A stretch of 63,933 bases of DNA, filler included, from Octopus bimaculoides (lineage: Eukaryota), in the NCBI RefSeq assembly GCF_001194135.2. It is 8 parts of 8 records of this genome, joined end to end, with 100 filler letters (N's around TTAATTAATTAA, not from the genome) between each part and the next. Parts side by side here need not be neighbours in the genome. Positions count along the whole stretch, not along the records: positions 23,301 to 42,435 come from NC_068989.1; positions 42,536 to 51,958 come from NC_069008.1; 6 more parts are not named here. The stretch is one strand, 5' to 3'. Made by a program: the position numbers and the translations under genes. Positions 37,750 to 51,559 of the stretch are shown here, piece by piece (position 1 is the stretch's first letter; the number at the start of each line of letters is the position of its first letter). The notes under the pieces are model-generated. The model was given only the letters and a program-made list of their open reading frames with translations, was not told the DNA's origin and made no database searches.

Positions 37750-40109
37750 ACACCCACATACATACATGTGTTATGTGTATTCAAAGCATAAACACATTCA
37801 ATTTTCATGATACACAGTTTCAAGGCTTCTTTTCCTATATTCACACGAGCCCCTTTACCGTTTGTTTGGCACCAATCAACTTCTTAGATGCCTCATCAAG
37901 GTTTCTAAACTTTCTCGATTTCTTCATCAGGACATGAAGAATTGTTAGCATGTGCAACTATCTCTTTTACGAATGGCCAATATGATTTGTGCAGACAATC
38001 TCCTGAATGTGTTTACATAATTTCATTGCTGGAATTTGAAATTTGATCATTAGATTTATACAGCATTAGTCAGACACACACATACACATATATCTATACA
38101 CACACACAGATAGATAGGTAGATGGATATGTTTTGTTTATGACATGTATATGCTGTCTGTGTGTCTATTTTTAGCGTAGAGCTGTATTACTAGTAATAAG
38201 TACATCATGAATCGTCTGTTTTTGCCAGGAATTGTTCATGCTGGTAGAATAATGGAAGTTTACAAATGTTGATGATGGCTTTTCAGAAACGTATTGTTCC
38301 AAACAAACTGCAAGAAATTCATTTCAAAACATGAGAAAAGAAAAAGAAATAAAAACCTTTAAAAAAAAAACCCATTAAATTTAGAACATAGTTGTGTTTT
38401 CAATATATGTCTGAAATAAAAGCTGTGTGGTTAAGAAGTTCAATTCCCGACCATGAGATCTGGGGTTCATTAGATAAGATGGGGCCCAGATATACTTCTA
38501 AAAAGGTGAGGTGGTCATGATCATGTTTGGAAGGTCTTTGAGCATAGATNNNNNNNNNNNNNNNNNNNNNNNNNNNNNNNNNNNNNNNNNNNNNNNNNNN
38601 NNNNNNNNNNNNNNNNNNNNNNNNNNNNNNNNNNNNNNNNNNNNNNNNNNNNNNNNNNNNNNNNNNNNNNNNNNNNNNNNNNNNNNNNNNNNNNNNNNNN
38701 NNNNNNNNNNNNNNNNNNNNNNNNNNNNNNNNNNNNNNNNNNNNNNNNNNNNNNNNNNNNNNNNNNNNNNNNNNNNNNNNNNNNNNNNNNNNNNNNNNNN
38801 NNNNNNNNNNNNNNNNNNNNNNNNNNNNNNNNNNNNNNNNNNNNNNNNNNNNNNNNNNNNNNNNNNNNNNNNNNNNNNNNNNNNNNNNNNNNNNNNNNNN
38901 NNNNNNNNNNNNNNNNNNNNNNNNNNNNNNNNNNNNNNNNNNNNNNNNNNNNNNNNNNNNNNNNNNNNNNNNNNNNNNNNNNNNNNNNNNNNNNNNNNNN
39001 NNNNNNNNNNNNNNNNNNNNNNNNNNNNNNNNNNNNNNNNNNNNNNNNNNNNNNNNNNNNNNNNNNNNNNNNNNNNNNNNNNNNNNNNNNNNNNNNNNNN
39101 NNNNNNNNNNNNNNNNNNNNNNNNNNNNNNNNNNNNNNNNNNNNNNNNNNNNNNNNNNNNTATATATATATATATATATATATATGTACTCATGTTTTTA
39201 TCACCAAACCTTATACATATGCAGGTGTGTGTATACATATATATATAGATATATACACTTATATATATACACAATATGCATACATACATATGTATACACA
39301 CACATATACACAAACACACATATACATACACACATACATGCATACACACACATTCCTATACATATATATATATATCAGTTTCACACATTCTGTCAGTTTT
39401 TAACAATTCCCTTAACCAGGTTATCAAAGGTCAATGAAGCAACATCATTCTCTCTTTTTTCAGTCCCTTTTTCTGTCAGTTCCTTTAACAAGATCAGCTC
39501 CTGAATGTCTGAGAGTAAGGTTTGATCCCATTCTCAAGGCTTGCCAGCCTTAACGAGTATCTCTCGCCTGTTACCATCAACTTCCAACTCCATGACATCT
39601 GTTTAAGAGATTCTGTCAGCTAAATAAGTCTGATTACATATTTATAACACCTAACTTTAATACGATTAGAACAGCATCATTTAGTTTATTAATTTAAAAC
39701 CCCATCATTATAGGGGCCTGGGGATTTTAAGTGGGGTTTTTTTTTTTCTTTTATTTTTGTGCCTATTTTTCTTCTGGCTGATATAATTCAGTAAATAAAG
39801 AAAGAGACAACAAGGGAACCACACTCTGTGCCTGGATTTTTGACTTGCTAGAAATACTAACCAAATCGTTGTCAAATCACACACCCCTTCATGGGTACAT
39901 GAGATAAGATGGGGCCCAAATATACTCCTAAAAAGGTGAGGTGGTCATGATCATGTTTGGAATGTCTTTGAGCATAGATCTGCTTGATCGGTATGACATT
40001 CTCGAAATGTACAGAAATCATCCTGTCTAAGCTAGCATGGCAAAAAAAAAGCCCCAAAATTGTAAAGAGATAATAAAGAAGGACGAAAAAGAAGAAAAGC
40101 CTATATCTA

Positions 40110-40173
<64 letters not shown>

Positions 40174-40588
40174 NNNNNNNNNNNNNNNNNNNNNNNNNNN
40201 NNNNNNNNNNNNNNNNNNNNNNNNNNNNNNNNNNNNNNNNNNNNNNNNNNNNNNNNNNNNNNNNNNNNNNNNNNNNNNNNNNNNNNNNNNNNNNNNNNNN
40301 NNNNNNNNNNNNNNNNNNNNNNNNNNNNNNNNNNNNNNNNNNNNNNNNNNNNNNNNNNNNNNNNNNNNNNNNNNNNNNNNNNNNNNNNNNNNNNNNNNNN
40401 NNNNNNNNNNNNNNNNNNNNNNNNNNNNNNNNNNNNNNNNNNNNNNNNNNNNNNNNNNNNNNNNNNNNNNNNNNNNNNNNNNNNNNNNNNNNNNNNNNNN
40501 NNNNNNNNTTTGTGTGTGTGTGGGGGGGGGTGCATGCGTACATATATATATATACACACACACACACATAAACATATATACATATATG

Positions 40589-40651
<63 letters not shown>

Positions 40652-42196
40652 ATGAATATATATTCTCCTAACATAAAACCACCGCACTCTCTCAGTGTTT
40701 GTAGTTTTGCAAGCTGTATTCCAAGCTCAATAGTACAAGTGGCATGGAAAAAGCACATACCAGACACACACATGCACACACTGTAAAGTGGTTGGCATTA
40801 GGAATGGCATCCAGCCATAAAAACCATGCCACAGTAGGCATAGGAGCACAGTGCAATTCTTGGACCCATCAAATCCTCTGAAAGTGAGCTTGCTAAGTAA
40901 CTTGCAAGGCAAGAAAAGAACAGAGAAAAAGGAAAAAGCACCCTTGACTAAAAGGGAGGGAATATTTTATTCCGTATATACATAACCATATAGTCATAAC
41001 ATAAATACCTTATACAACGCTATTTAACATAAGTATTCTACGTCAGTGGCGCATACACGCAGACTCTTTTCTCCAATGATCAGTAATATTTTTCTTATAT
41101 TGTCTCTAGGCCACCCAATGGCCACTAAATAAAACTGAAAAATCAATGTTCAATCTCAAATTTAATTCAAACTATAACAAAGATAAATCTAATAATACAC
41201 AATGGCCTCCTTATTTCTGGTGTCTTGTATTTTAAATATCATAATTGATTTTTATAGATATACAGATGTCACCATGACCCACTAAAAACTTGTGTGGCTC
41301 ACCTTGTGCATTGCTATGCTCTGTATAATAAGCTGGTTTTAAATCTTATGTAAAGTCAAGAATTTACCAAACCAAACCAAACCAAACTAAACTAAGCCAA
41401 GCCAAACCAAGCTGAAAGTAATTCTAGAGTACTGAAATTCAACTCAACTCTCTTTTTAGTTATTTTGTCCATATTGTCAACATATGGCTTCTGATAAAGA
41501 TACAGTAGATAATTAGTTCTATCGGGTAGACGTAACTGTAGGAAGTTGTTCAGAAAGAAACTATTTACAACTGAAACATCTTGAAGAGTCATCGTGACTT
41601 AGTTTAGCTGACAAGATGAAATGATGGCAAGCTGGAGTAGATTTTCAGCTATAACACTACCAGATGAAACTAGAATACTGCAAGATCTACAACAGCTATC
41701 AGAGATACCGAAGCCTACCAAGGCATGACTGGTTCATATCCCAAAATGTGCCACACATCCTGTGTATTTCCCCACAACTGGTTATTTCTGAATAATTATT
41801 TGCATTTCCCAAAGTGATTTACTGCATGTCATAATCCCAATGGACATATAGAGGTTGCTGCTGCTGTTGTTGTTGTTGTTGTTATAGTTGTTTGAAGCCA
41901 ATTATTAATACTTTGAAATGTTTATGATTAAAACAGCCAATACAATAGGAATCATGACCTAAAATTATAGGTTACACAGACACACGCACACATATACATT
42001 TATATATACACACACATTTATATATATACACACACACACACACATACATACACACATATATTAAATCTTGCATTGGATATACGGTATTGTTCCTGTGGTA
42101 TTCCACCCTTATGTATCCATTCTTACTATAATGTGCATTTATATATACATATATATATACGGTTTTCGGTGCAAACCATTTTGTTATATGGTGTTG

Positions 42197-42435
42197 GGTT
42201 TTACAATCCTGTAAATAATAATAATGGGGCATATAAGCCCTCGACAGAAAAAAAGAAGGTTTTCCTCTCTGCATGGGACTCGAACCCACATCCCTTTGTT
42301 AACATGGTAATAATAGTAACATAGTCATGTTAACAAAGGGATGTGGGTTCGAGTCCCATGCAGAGAGGAAAACCTTCTTTTTTTCTGTCGAGGGCTTATA
42401 TGCCCCATTATTATTATTTACAGGATTGTAAAACC
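42197..42435. repeat. Perfect 110-bp inverted repeat ending at a contig edge
   Basis: 42197-42306 is the exact reverse complement of 42326-42435; 19-bp spacer; contains B-box-like GGTTCGAGTCC. Confidence 0.9.
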
Positions 42436-42535
42436 NNNNNNNNNNNNNNNNNNNNNNNNNNNNNNNNNNNNNNNNNNNNTTAATTAATTAANNNNNNNNN
42501 NNNNNNNNNNNNNNNNNNNNNNNNNNNNNNNNNNN

Positions 42536-42577
<42 letters not shown>

Positions 42578-42706
42578 TTCACTTACTACATATACATATT
42601 AGATACTTACATTTCATCATACAGACACATCTGCACAAATATATACGCATGTATGTAAGCATGTGTGTGAGTGTGTGTGCACGTGTTCATGCATGTGTGT
42701 GTATGC

Positions 42707-42747
<41 letters not shown>

Positions 42748-42989
42748 CATATAATTATCTGTATCATCATCATTGTTTAATGTCTGTTTTCCGTGCTGGC
42801 ATTTGTTGGACTACAGGCAGGCATGTGTGTGTGTGTGTGTGTGTGTGNNNNNNNNNNGACGGATGGATGGATGGATGGATGGATGGATGGATGGATGGAT
42901 GGATGGTGTTCGTCACCATTTTGGATGAAAACACCTGTACTGTCCCATTATGGTAAGATTAACAAAAAAAGTATTCCACCTGGTAAGAG

Positions 42990-43265
42990 ATAAATATTAC
43001 TTGATAAACACAGTATATATTTTTATAAACTACTAATAATTTCATGTGATAAAAACCTAATGGACTGCATTTTTTAGCACGTCTGGTGCCTTTTACATCT
43101 ACCTCCTTCTCACCTTTTCTCATTTTTTTCTGTCTTCCCATCATTACCACAGTCTGAGGATTGCATGACAACACAAAATGTGTTAAAAAATGCTGCCTGT
43201 TATGTTTCCATCACATGAAACTATTAGTAGTCCATAAAAATTTACATTGTGTTTATTTAATAATA
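42990..43265. repeat. Diverged inverted repeat (~95-bp arms)
   Basis: 42990-43085 versus 43167-43265, roughly 80% similar by eye. Confidence 0.6.
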
Positions 43266-44221
43266 TATATGTATGTACAAATATATATATATGTGTGTGT
43301 GTGTGTGTATATATATGTGTGTGTGTGTGTGTGTGTTTGTGTGTGTAGGGAGAATTCACAAAAAAAAACAACAGACGAAGACAGGTGGTGTAGAAAAAAA
43401 ATAGATGTATTAGTATAACGCTCGGGAATTGAAAAAGTCTTTAACATTTTGAGCCTATGCTCTTCCACAGAAAGAAACAAGGAGAATATATATATATATA
43501 GTAAAAAAGAATTTTGTTGAAGAGATTTTCCCCATGTAGTAGTTGTAGTGAAAAAATATATAATAAAAGAAGAAAAATGCACACAATTTATATATTTTTG
43601 ATATATTTTGAAGGATAGAATATTATGACAGCCAACCAGCTTTGCATTTCACTAATCATGACATTGAAATTGATGAAAACATTGCAGTTTCATATTTTCT
43701 TAAGAAGTTTTTAGTTCGTGTGTGGTGGGGGTGGGGGGGTATATGTATACAAAGAAGAAAGTGATGAAATCTGTTGCACTTTCTGATAATAATATTTTAA
43801 TTTTTCTCATTTACAAACTCTGAATGCTGACATTACTACAAATGACAAATCATTGACAGAGTTTGAATGTTATTGTTTTTTGTACAGCAACAATCAAAGA
43901 GTTTGCTGCTAATCATTGTGTTGCTGTTGCCAATCATTCATTGTAGTTGTTATCAGCTATTGTCAGCTGCTGCCTGTCATCTTTGTTAGCCATCTCCTAT
44001 TGTGTCTCTCAATGCTCTCTCTGCTGCATCCCCAAAGCTCTCTGTAAAGTAGTTGAAGTGTGCTGAAATTATAGTGGTGGATAGGCTCAGAGTGAAAAGC
44101 ACAAACAGATGGTATTTTTGTTGGAGCAAGTTGGAATTGGTCAGATTCTGTTGATCACGTGGGGGATATTCAAGTGAATCATGACATCAGGTATAGTGAT
44201 CAGACTGTTGAACATCCCCAC

Positions 44222-44289
<68 letters not shown>

Positions 44290-44734
44290 NNNNNNNNNNN
44301 NNNNNNNNNNNNNNNNNNNNNNNNNNNNNNNNNNNNNNNNNNNNNNNNNNNATACATACATACATACATACATAAAACATCATCCTCAGCATCGTTTTCA
44401 ATGTCCACCTTTCCATATTTGCTTAGGCCAGGTGGACCTTCCATTCCCCTGCAAGGTAGTATTTCCCATTGCTTTCCTGAGAGACTGGAAACAAAAGATG
44501 AAAATATTGTTTGTGATGTCAAGACGAGGAAACTTAAGCATGCACACATACACATCCAAATCCATTCACATGACTTATGATGCTTTATTGGAAGAGACCT
44601 GTTCACTCACAATAGGACTGAACCCGAAACCACCTGGCTGGGAAGCAAATTTCTTAACCACACAACCATACCTAGGAAAAGAGAGAGAAATAGGGAGAAA
44701 AGAGGAAAGAGAGACAAAGAAGTAAATAGACAAG

Positions 44735-44960
<226 letters not shown>

Positions 44961-45014
44961 CACACATGCAGAATTCAAGACAAAATTCCTGGTGTGGAAA
45001 GAAAACCTAGAATA

Positions 45015-45430
45015 GAGAGGCCTCAAAGTGAACAAAGCTAAGACTATGTTTTAATCAGCAGAAACGAAGACAGGGCCCCGGAGCTGTCAGGGAAATGACC
45101 TTGCTCAATATGCAGAAAAGGAGTAGGTAGGAAATTCATATGCTGTACCAAGTGCAGGCTATGGACGCACAAGAGATGCAGTGGAATTTACAAGCTGGCT
45201 AACAGAGAAAACAGGTTTTGTATGTGGCAGATGCACAGGAGTAATAAGCACTTCATAAAGAGACTCTTATAAATGCTTGGGCTGTCACACTCGAAGAAGT
45301 GGATAGCTTCCATCACCAAGGTGACATAATTAGCAGTGGAGATGGGTTTTCTGAAAGTCTAGTCGCTTCTGTAACAACTGGCTGGAAAAACTTTACAGAA
45401 CCACTGCTGCTGCTGCTGACAACGAAGCAA
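45015..45430 (+). mobile_element. RTE-clade LINE fragment (post-RT region with Cys-rich insert)
   Basis: GLKVNKAKT...PCSICRKGVG...CTKCRLWTHKRCSG...FVCGRC...LEEVDSF...GDII. Confidence 0.75.
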
Positions 45431-45602
45431 GATGATAAATGCCCACAGTCAGACATGTTCTCACAGAATATTGGAAATGTCATGGCATTGCTTGTGTGAC
45501 AGTGACAATCATTTACAACTATGATACAATGTCAAGAGAAAAAAAGCACACACACATACAAACATACATATAAACAGATGTACATACAAAGATACATACA
45601 TA

Positions 45603-45647
<45 letters not shown>

Positions 45648-45649
<2 letters not shown>

Positions 45650-45955
45650 AGGAGCGTGGCTTAGTGGTTAGGGTATTCAGCTCCCAGTCATAACCTCGTG
45701 AGTTCAATTCCTGGCAAGGTATTGTGTCCTTGAGCAAGACACTTTATTTCACATTGCTCCAGTCCACTCAGCTGGTAAACATGAGTTGTAAGTGTAATTC
45801 AAAGGGCCAGCTTAGTCATCTTTTATGTCACACTGAATCTCAAGGGTACACATGTCTGTGGAGTGCTCAGCCACTTGCATGTTAATTTCATGAGCAGGCT
45901 GTTCCATTGATTGGATCAACTGGAACCCTTGTCGTCATCACCGATAGAGTGCCAG
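45648..45955 (+). mobile_element. tRNA-derived SINE with CORE-like region, near complete
   Basis: A box TGGCTTAGTGG, B box GAGTTCAATTCC, then tgtgtccttgagcaagacact...gctccagtccactcagctg. Confidence 0.8.
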
Positions 45956-46039
45956 TTATATATATATGTGTGTGCATGCATGTATATGTATATGTGTATG
46001 TATGTATGTGGAGGCGCAATGTATATGTGCGTATGTATG

Positions 46040-46211
46040 TGGAGGTGCAATGGCCCAGTGGTTAGGGCAGCGGACTCGCGGTCATAGGATCACGGTTTCG
46101 ATTCCCAGACCGGACGTTGTGAGTGTTTATTCAGCGAAAACACCTAAAGCTCCACGAGGCTCCAGCAGGGGATGGTGGCGAACCCTGCTGTACTCATTCA
46201 CCACAACTTTC
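46040..46211 (+). mobile_element. Young tRNA-derived SINE
   Basis: A box TGGCCCAGTGG, B box GTTTCGATTCC; matches 21900-22170. Confidence 0.8.
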
Positions 46212-46612
46212 NNNNNNNNNNNNNNNNNNNNNNNNNNNNNNNNNNNNNNNNNNNNNNNNNNNNNNNNNNNNNNNNNNNNNNNNNNNNNNNNNNNNNNNNN
46301 NNNNNNNNNNNNNNNNNNNNNNNNNNNNNNNNNNNNNNNNNNNNNNNNNNNNNNNNNNNNNNNNNNNNNNNNNNNNNNNNNNNNNNNNNNNNNNNNNNNN
46401 NNNNNNNNNNNNNNNNNNNNNNNNNNNNNNNNNNNNNNNNNNNNNNNNNNNNNNNNNNNNNNNNNNNNNNNNNNNNNNNNNNNNNNNNNNNNNNNNNNNN
46501 NNNNNNNNNNNNNNNNNNNNNNNNNNNNNNNNNNNNNNNNNNNNNNNNNNNNNNNNNNNNNNNNNNNNNNNNNNNNNNNNNNNNNNNNNNNNNNNNNNNN
46601 NNNNNNNNNNNN

Positions 46613-46655
<43 letters not shown>

Positions 46656-46740
46656 GTGTGTGTGTGTGTGTGTATGAATGTGTATATGTATGTATGAATA
46701 TGAGTATGTGTGTATGTATGTATGTGTGTGTGTATGTGTG

Positions 46741-46772
<32 letters not shown>

Positions 46773-47044
46773 GAAAGATCACAAGTGGGTTGAAGCTCAC
46801 TAGAGCTGTTTTAGATGTGCTTGACCACCACACCTGAAATCATCCCAAGTTGGATCTGGAACTTACAGTGGATCATGAAACTGCTTGCCAGCATACATAT
46901 GTATATTTTTCATGCACATGTATATAAAACACACATGTATATTGATTTGTTCATGTGCATGTATATGCTGTATTAGGACATGTCCATATATACATTGATA
47001 TATGTGTGAGTGTCCTCATACACTATTCACACAGATATGTTGAT

Positions 47045-48300
47045 ACAGTGTGTCCCAACATGGGGCATGGAAAATCAGGTTGGGGCATGCTTTAGTGTGG
47101 GTTGTGAAAATTTTTGTGACTTGTGCACACACTTTTCAACCCTAAGCCTATCTTTGGACATTGAATTGAAAAAAATATCGCCATGCAATATTAATACTTA
47201 AATCATGGGAATCGATGTAGCTATGACGAATCAGTGTACTGAGTGAGGTATCTGCATTTGTCAAGCGTTTGTTTCTCTGTTTCAATATCTATTGTCCAGT
47301 GTCAAGCATTTATAAAAGCAGCTGTCAACTCCACTCACTATTACTGATTGATGCTTCAAATCCCTTTCTTTCTACGCTGTGCAAAAATCGTCATCTCCAT
47401 CACTTTATCGCTTGCTTGGATTTGTGCCAAACGTTTTTAAAATGAGTAAACAAAGCAAGAAGACTCATCAATATTCGATGGAGTTTTTGAAGTTTAGGTT
47501 TATTCCTGATGAGCATGATAAGCGTAAACCGTTCTGCTTGTTGTGTCATCAGAAAATGAGCAATGAGTCGGTGAAGGCAGGCAAGCTAAAAGTGCACTTG
47601 AGAATAAGACATCCCAACAATTCTACTTCAGATTTGGAGTACTTCAAATCACTGAAAGAAAATTTTGAAAACTGAACAAAACTCACTTCACTATTTGCTG
47701 CACAACATGCATCCCACACTGATGCCCTTGAAACCAGCTATGAAATCTACCAGCTTATAGCAAAACATGGAAAGGCCATGCCACTCAGTAATGACACTGT
47801 CTCCAACAGAATTCATGAAATGGGCCACGATGTTGAAAACTAGTTTATTGGGACATTAAAATCACGAAAATTTTCATTACAAATGGATGAATCACATTTC
47901 AGAACAGTGAGGTACTGTTATTGACTTATGTGAGATATATTGAGCATGAGGCATTTCAGAAAGAGATATTGTTTTGCAAATCATTGGAAACAACCACAAC
48001 TGCAAAGAATATCCACAACAAACTTAAACATTATTTGATAGCAAACAAAATGCCATGTGCAGCAGACGGTGCACCTGCTGTGATGGGCAAAGAAAATGGG
48101 ATGCTTAAAAATGATGAAGGATGATAATTCAAACATGTTGATTGTCCATTGTGTCATACACCCAGAAAACTTGGTTGCCAAGAAACTGTCCCTTGTTCTT
48201 AACGAGATTCTACGAGCTGTGATCAAGTGTGTCAGTTGTATTAAAGCAAATCCCAAAGCCGAACATCTTTTTCAGCAGTTTTGTGTAAATCAAAGTGCCG
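47045..48300 (+). mobile_element. hAT (Buster/Charlie-like) transposon, degenerate transposase
   Basis: QYSMEFLKFRFI...PFCLLCHQKMSNESVKAGKLKVHL (BED-finger-like); FSLQMDES; CAADGAPAVMG; VHCVIH. Start cagtgtgtcccaac resembles a hAT TIR. Confidence 0.85.
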
Positions 48301-48309
48301 AGCACCTTC

Positions 48310-48680
48310 ACATAGCCCAATGTAGCTTTTCTTTTCGGTATTGCTATCACCTAGTATTACTGTAATATCTGCCTTATGCATGACAGATTTAATTATGCAC
48401 CCCTGGTCAACTGGATAGATCCCTGGGTATCAACATTTACAACTGGAAGTAGGCTCTTGGTGGTGTTTGCATTTCATGGCAGCCAGAAATTGCCCTCAAT
48501 CCCAGCCTCCTGTAAAACCCTCCATGGCATGCTCTGTGTCACATGGTCATATGTCTTTTCAAGGTCTACAAAGCAAGAATACACTTATTGGCAATATTCC
48601 TACAATTTCTTTAAAATCTGCATCCAAGACAGAAACCACACTGTTCTTCTGCTTGCTTAGGCTCAACAATCTCCCTACAT
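48310..48680 (-). mobile_element. RTE-type RT fragment
   Basis: Minus strand YSCFVDLEKTYDHV...WRVLQEAGI. Confidence 0.7.
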
Positions 48681-49284
48681 TTCTTTTCTAAACACTCTCT
48701 TCTCTCTTTCCTTCTCTCTTCTCTTTTTTCTTCTCTCTTCTCTCTTTCTTCCTCTCTTGTCTTCTCTCTTTCCTTTTCTCTTGTCCTCTCTCTTTCCTTC
48801 TCTTTTCTCTTCTCTCTTTCCTTCTCAGCTGGCAAAAATGAGTAATCCTGTGACAGACCAGCATCCTTCTCTCCTCCTTTGGCATTGAATACAGTAAGTC
48901 AAAAGACAATACAATTTCATCATAAATTGTATTTTTCTTCATTTATTTTGATTTGTTTTGTTCTCTTAATATTTTATTCGTATTGCCTTTAAGTTCAAAT
49001 GTGAATTTGCAAATTACAAATCTGAGCAAACACTCTGATTTCATAAAAAAACGTAGGATGGTTATAGTTGACTCACCTATCTTCTTACTAATTGGTCAAT
49101 TCATTCAAATTAGCTACCAACCTGACATTAAAATTTGCATAGTCCCAGCACACAGCAGAACGAATTATACTGTTTTGTTTTGGTTCTATTTCATACCAAA
49201 ATGTTAAAAATTCTAAGGCCAGTCATTTTGAGGGGAGGGGTATTAACTAGTACTATCAACTTGTTCCAATGAACAGCTGGTACT

Positions 49285-49650
49285 TTGCTACATGGTAGTA
49301 AGACATAGGTTGTGACTACTAGAGTCATCTGAAGGTTTGAAAGAAATGAAGCTGGCATGCTTTACTGGATGGATATTATGAGAGTGTAAGTGATTTAAGA
49401 GAAAAATTCTATATAAGAGACATCAGATGTAGTGTGCAAGAGAGAATACTGTGCTGGTACGGCTATGTGATAACTGTATCAAGAAATGCCAGTATCTAAT
49501 TGTGGTGGGAACCTCTGGGACTAGTCATGAAAAAGAATCTTCAGATGTTGAGTCTCACTCAGAGATGACAAGGGACCAAGACTTGTGGTGATTTGCTGTG
49601 CTTGAGAAACATACCAAACTAAGTAAAATCATGGCTGTCCATGCATTCAA
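49285..49650 (+). mobile_element. RTE-type LINE C-terminal fragment
   Basis: LHGSKT*...RFERNEAGML...VQERILCWYGYV...TRDQDLW. Confidence 0.6.
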
Positions 49651-50082
49651 GCAAGTGGAGGTACATGGCTTAGTGGTTTGGGTGTTGAACTCATGATTGT
49701 AAGACTGTGGTTTTGATTCCTGGATCGGGCGACACATTGTGCTCGAGTCAATATGACTCAAGAAGGTAACCTTTAACTAACGGTACTTATGGATACATCC
49801 CTCTTTCAGCTGAGAGGTCCTAATCCTGTGGGCTCATGAGCACCAGTGTTATGTAAAAGCACCCATGTCAGTACCACATAAATGTAACTGTGCCAATGTC
49901 ATGTAAAAGCAATTAGTACCCTCAGTAAAGTGGGTGGCGTTAGGAAAGACATCGAACCATAGAAACCATGCCAAAACAGACAAATGAGGCTGGGACAGCT
50001 CTTGTCAAACCATCCACTCCATGCCAGAATGGAAAACAGATATTAAATGATAATGATGTAAAACAACGACGACGACGACGAC

Positions 50083-50114
<32 letters not shown>

Positions 50115-50131
50115 TGATGATGATGATGATA

Positions 50132-50186
<55 letters not shown>

Positions 50187-50269
50187 CGATGATGACGATG
50201 ATGATGATGATGATGATGAAAGGATTTAAGACAAAGTTGAACTTGACAGAATTTGATCTCAGTAATAAT

Positions 50270-50560
50270 CCTTTCTACTATTGGTACAAGGCCTGAAATT
50301 TGTAGGTAGGGAGTTAGTTAACAACAAGTGTTCAACTGGTACTTATTTTATTGACCCACCACCCCTGTGAAAGGATGAAAGGCAAAGCTGACCTTGGTGA
50401 CATTTGAACTCAGAACATAAGACCTGTTTTGTCACACGTACCACTACACAAGGCCAGCAGTTATGAGGGGAGGGGACTGATCAATATCATTGACCACCCC
50501 GTACAACTACATGACTGGTACTTTATCTTATTGATGCTGAAAGGATAGAAGGCAGATATT
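50270..50560 (-). mobile_element. CpG-decayed SINE copies (56296 family)
   Basis: tggtacaaggcc...caactggtacttatttt...gaaaggatgaaaggcaaag shared. Confidence 0.7.
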
Positions 50561-51354
50561 CTGCTCAATATGACAGATTTGCTGCTCAGTTGCTTGGCCA
50601 TAACCACTTGAGTATGTCCATTAGTGGCTGACAATATGAGCATCTCTGATCTTGAGCAGGAATCGTAGGGGAACATCATAGCTATGTGTTGAGAGGGATT
50701 CTTTGGGGTTTAAATAAATGTAACAAAAGCAAAGTCTGAAAGAAATGTTAGCCCTTTTTCATACTTTCTAGGAGTAAGCAAATAGGAAATAACAATTGCT
50801 ACCCAAAGACAGAAATCGTCTTACACAATTTTCTTACAATTGTTATAACAATGTTATTACAAAGCAATGTTTCTAATGATCCTGTCAGCTCACCACCTTC
50901 TATAAAATAAAAGAACATAAGAACAGACAACAACTTAAACACAAACAGCTTGGTGTGTATGCTCTGCACTTATCTGTCACAGCTGCATATTAATTCAACA
51001 TTTCATTCACTGTTAAAGCCAGCAGACTTTTCACAATCACACTGTCCATGTTCCAATCAATATTCTGTATCACCAATATGTCTGAATTGACAGGATTGTT
51101 TTCTTGAACATATGTCAAACATTTTTTAATATTTTTTGTTCATTTATTTTGTATTGTTATCTTATTTTTCTGTAATGACAAATTTTTGTTGTGCAGTTCA
51201 AATTTGTTTCATTGTGCTAAAATATTTGTTGCATAAGAGACTCTTTTAACATTATAATGCTTTTTCAATAAGATTATTGCCAAGGGGCTCCAACAAATTT
51301 TGCTATACTGAAAAATTCAGTATATTGATGTTACTTAGACAGAATTTCACTTGA

Positions 51355-51451
<97 letters not shown>

Positions 51452-51559
51452 AATTTATGTATTGGTTTAAGCCAATTGGACAGATTTCTTGAAATTGGGC
51501 CCCACGCCAAGAGAGGGCCCTGCATACATGCTTGAGCAAAGGATACTATCTTTTCTTTT

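Noticed and set aside
37905-38002. SYWPFVKEI resembling a RUN-domain motif
   Set aside because: The frame stops about 20 residues later; editing the UAG would add only two codons.
38264-38307. FVWNNTFL resembling the Sac1 phosphatase FVWN motif
   Set aside because: Isolated 4-residue match, weak donor, and no other Sac exons.
41630-41728. Small plus-strand ORF MMASWSRFSAITLPDETRILQDLQQLSEIPKPTKA
   Set aside because: 35 aa, no homology, and opposite to the inferred sense strand.
49077-49121. 45-nt minus-strand segment with good splice sites
   Set aside because: Stops in all three frames; it also shows that chance exon-like pairs occur here.
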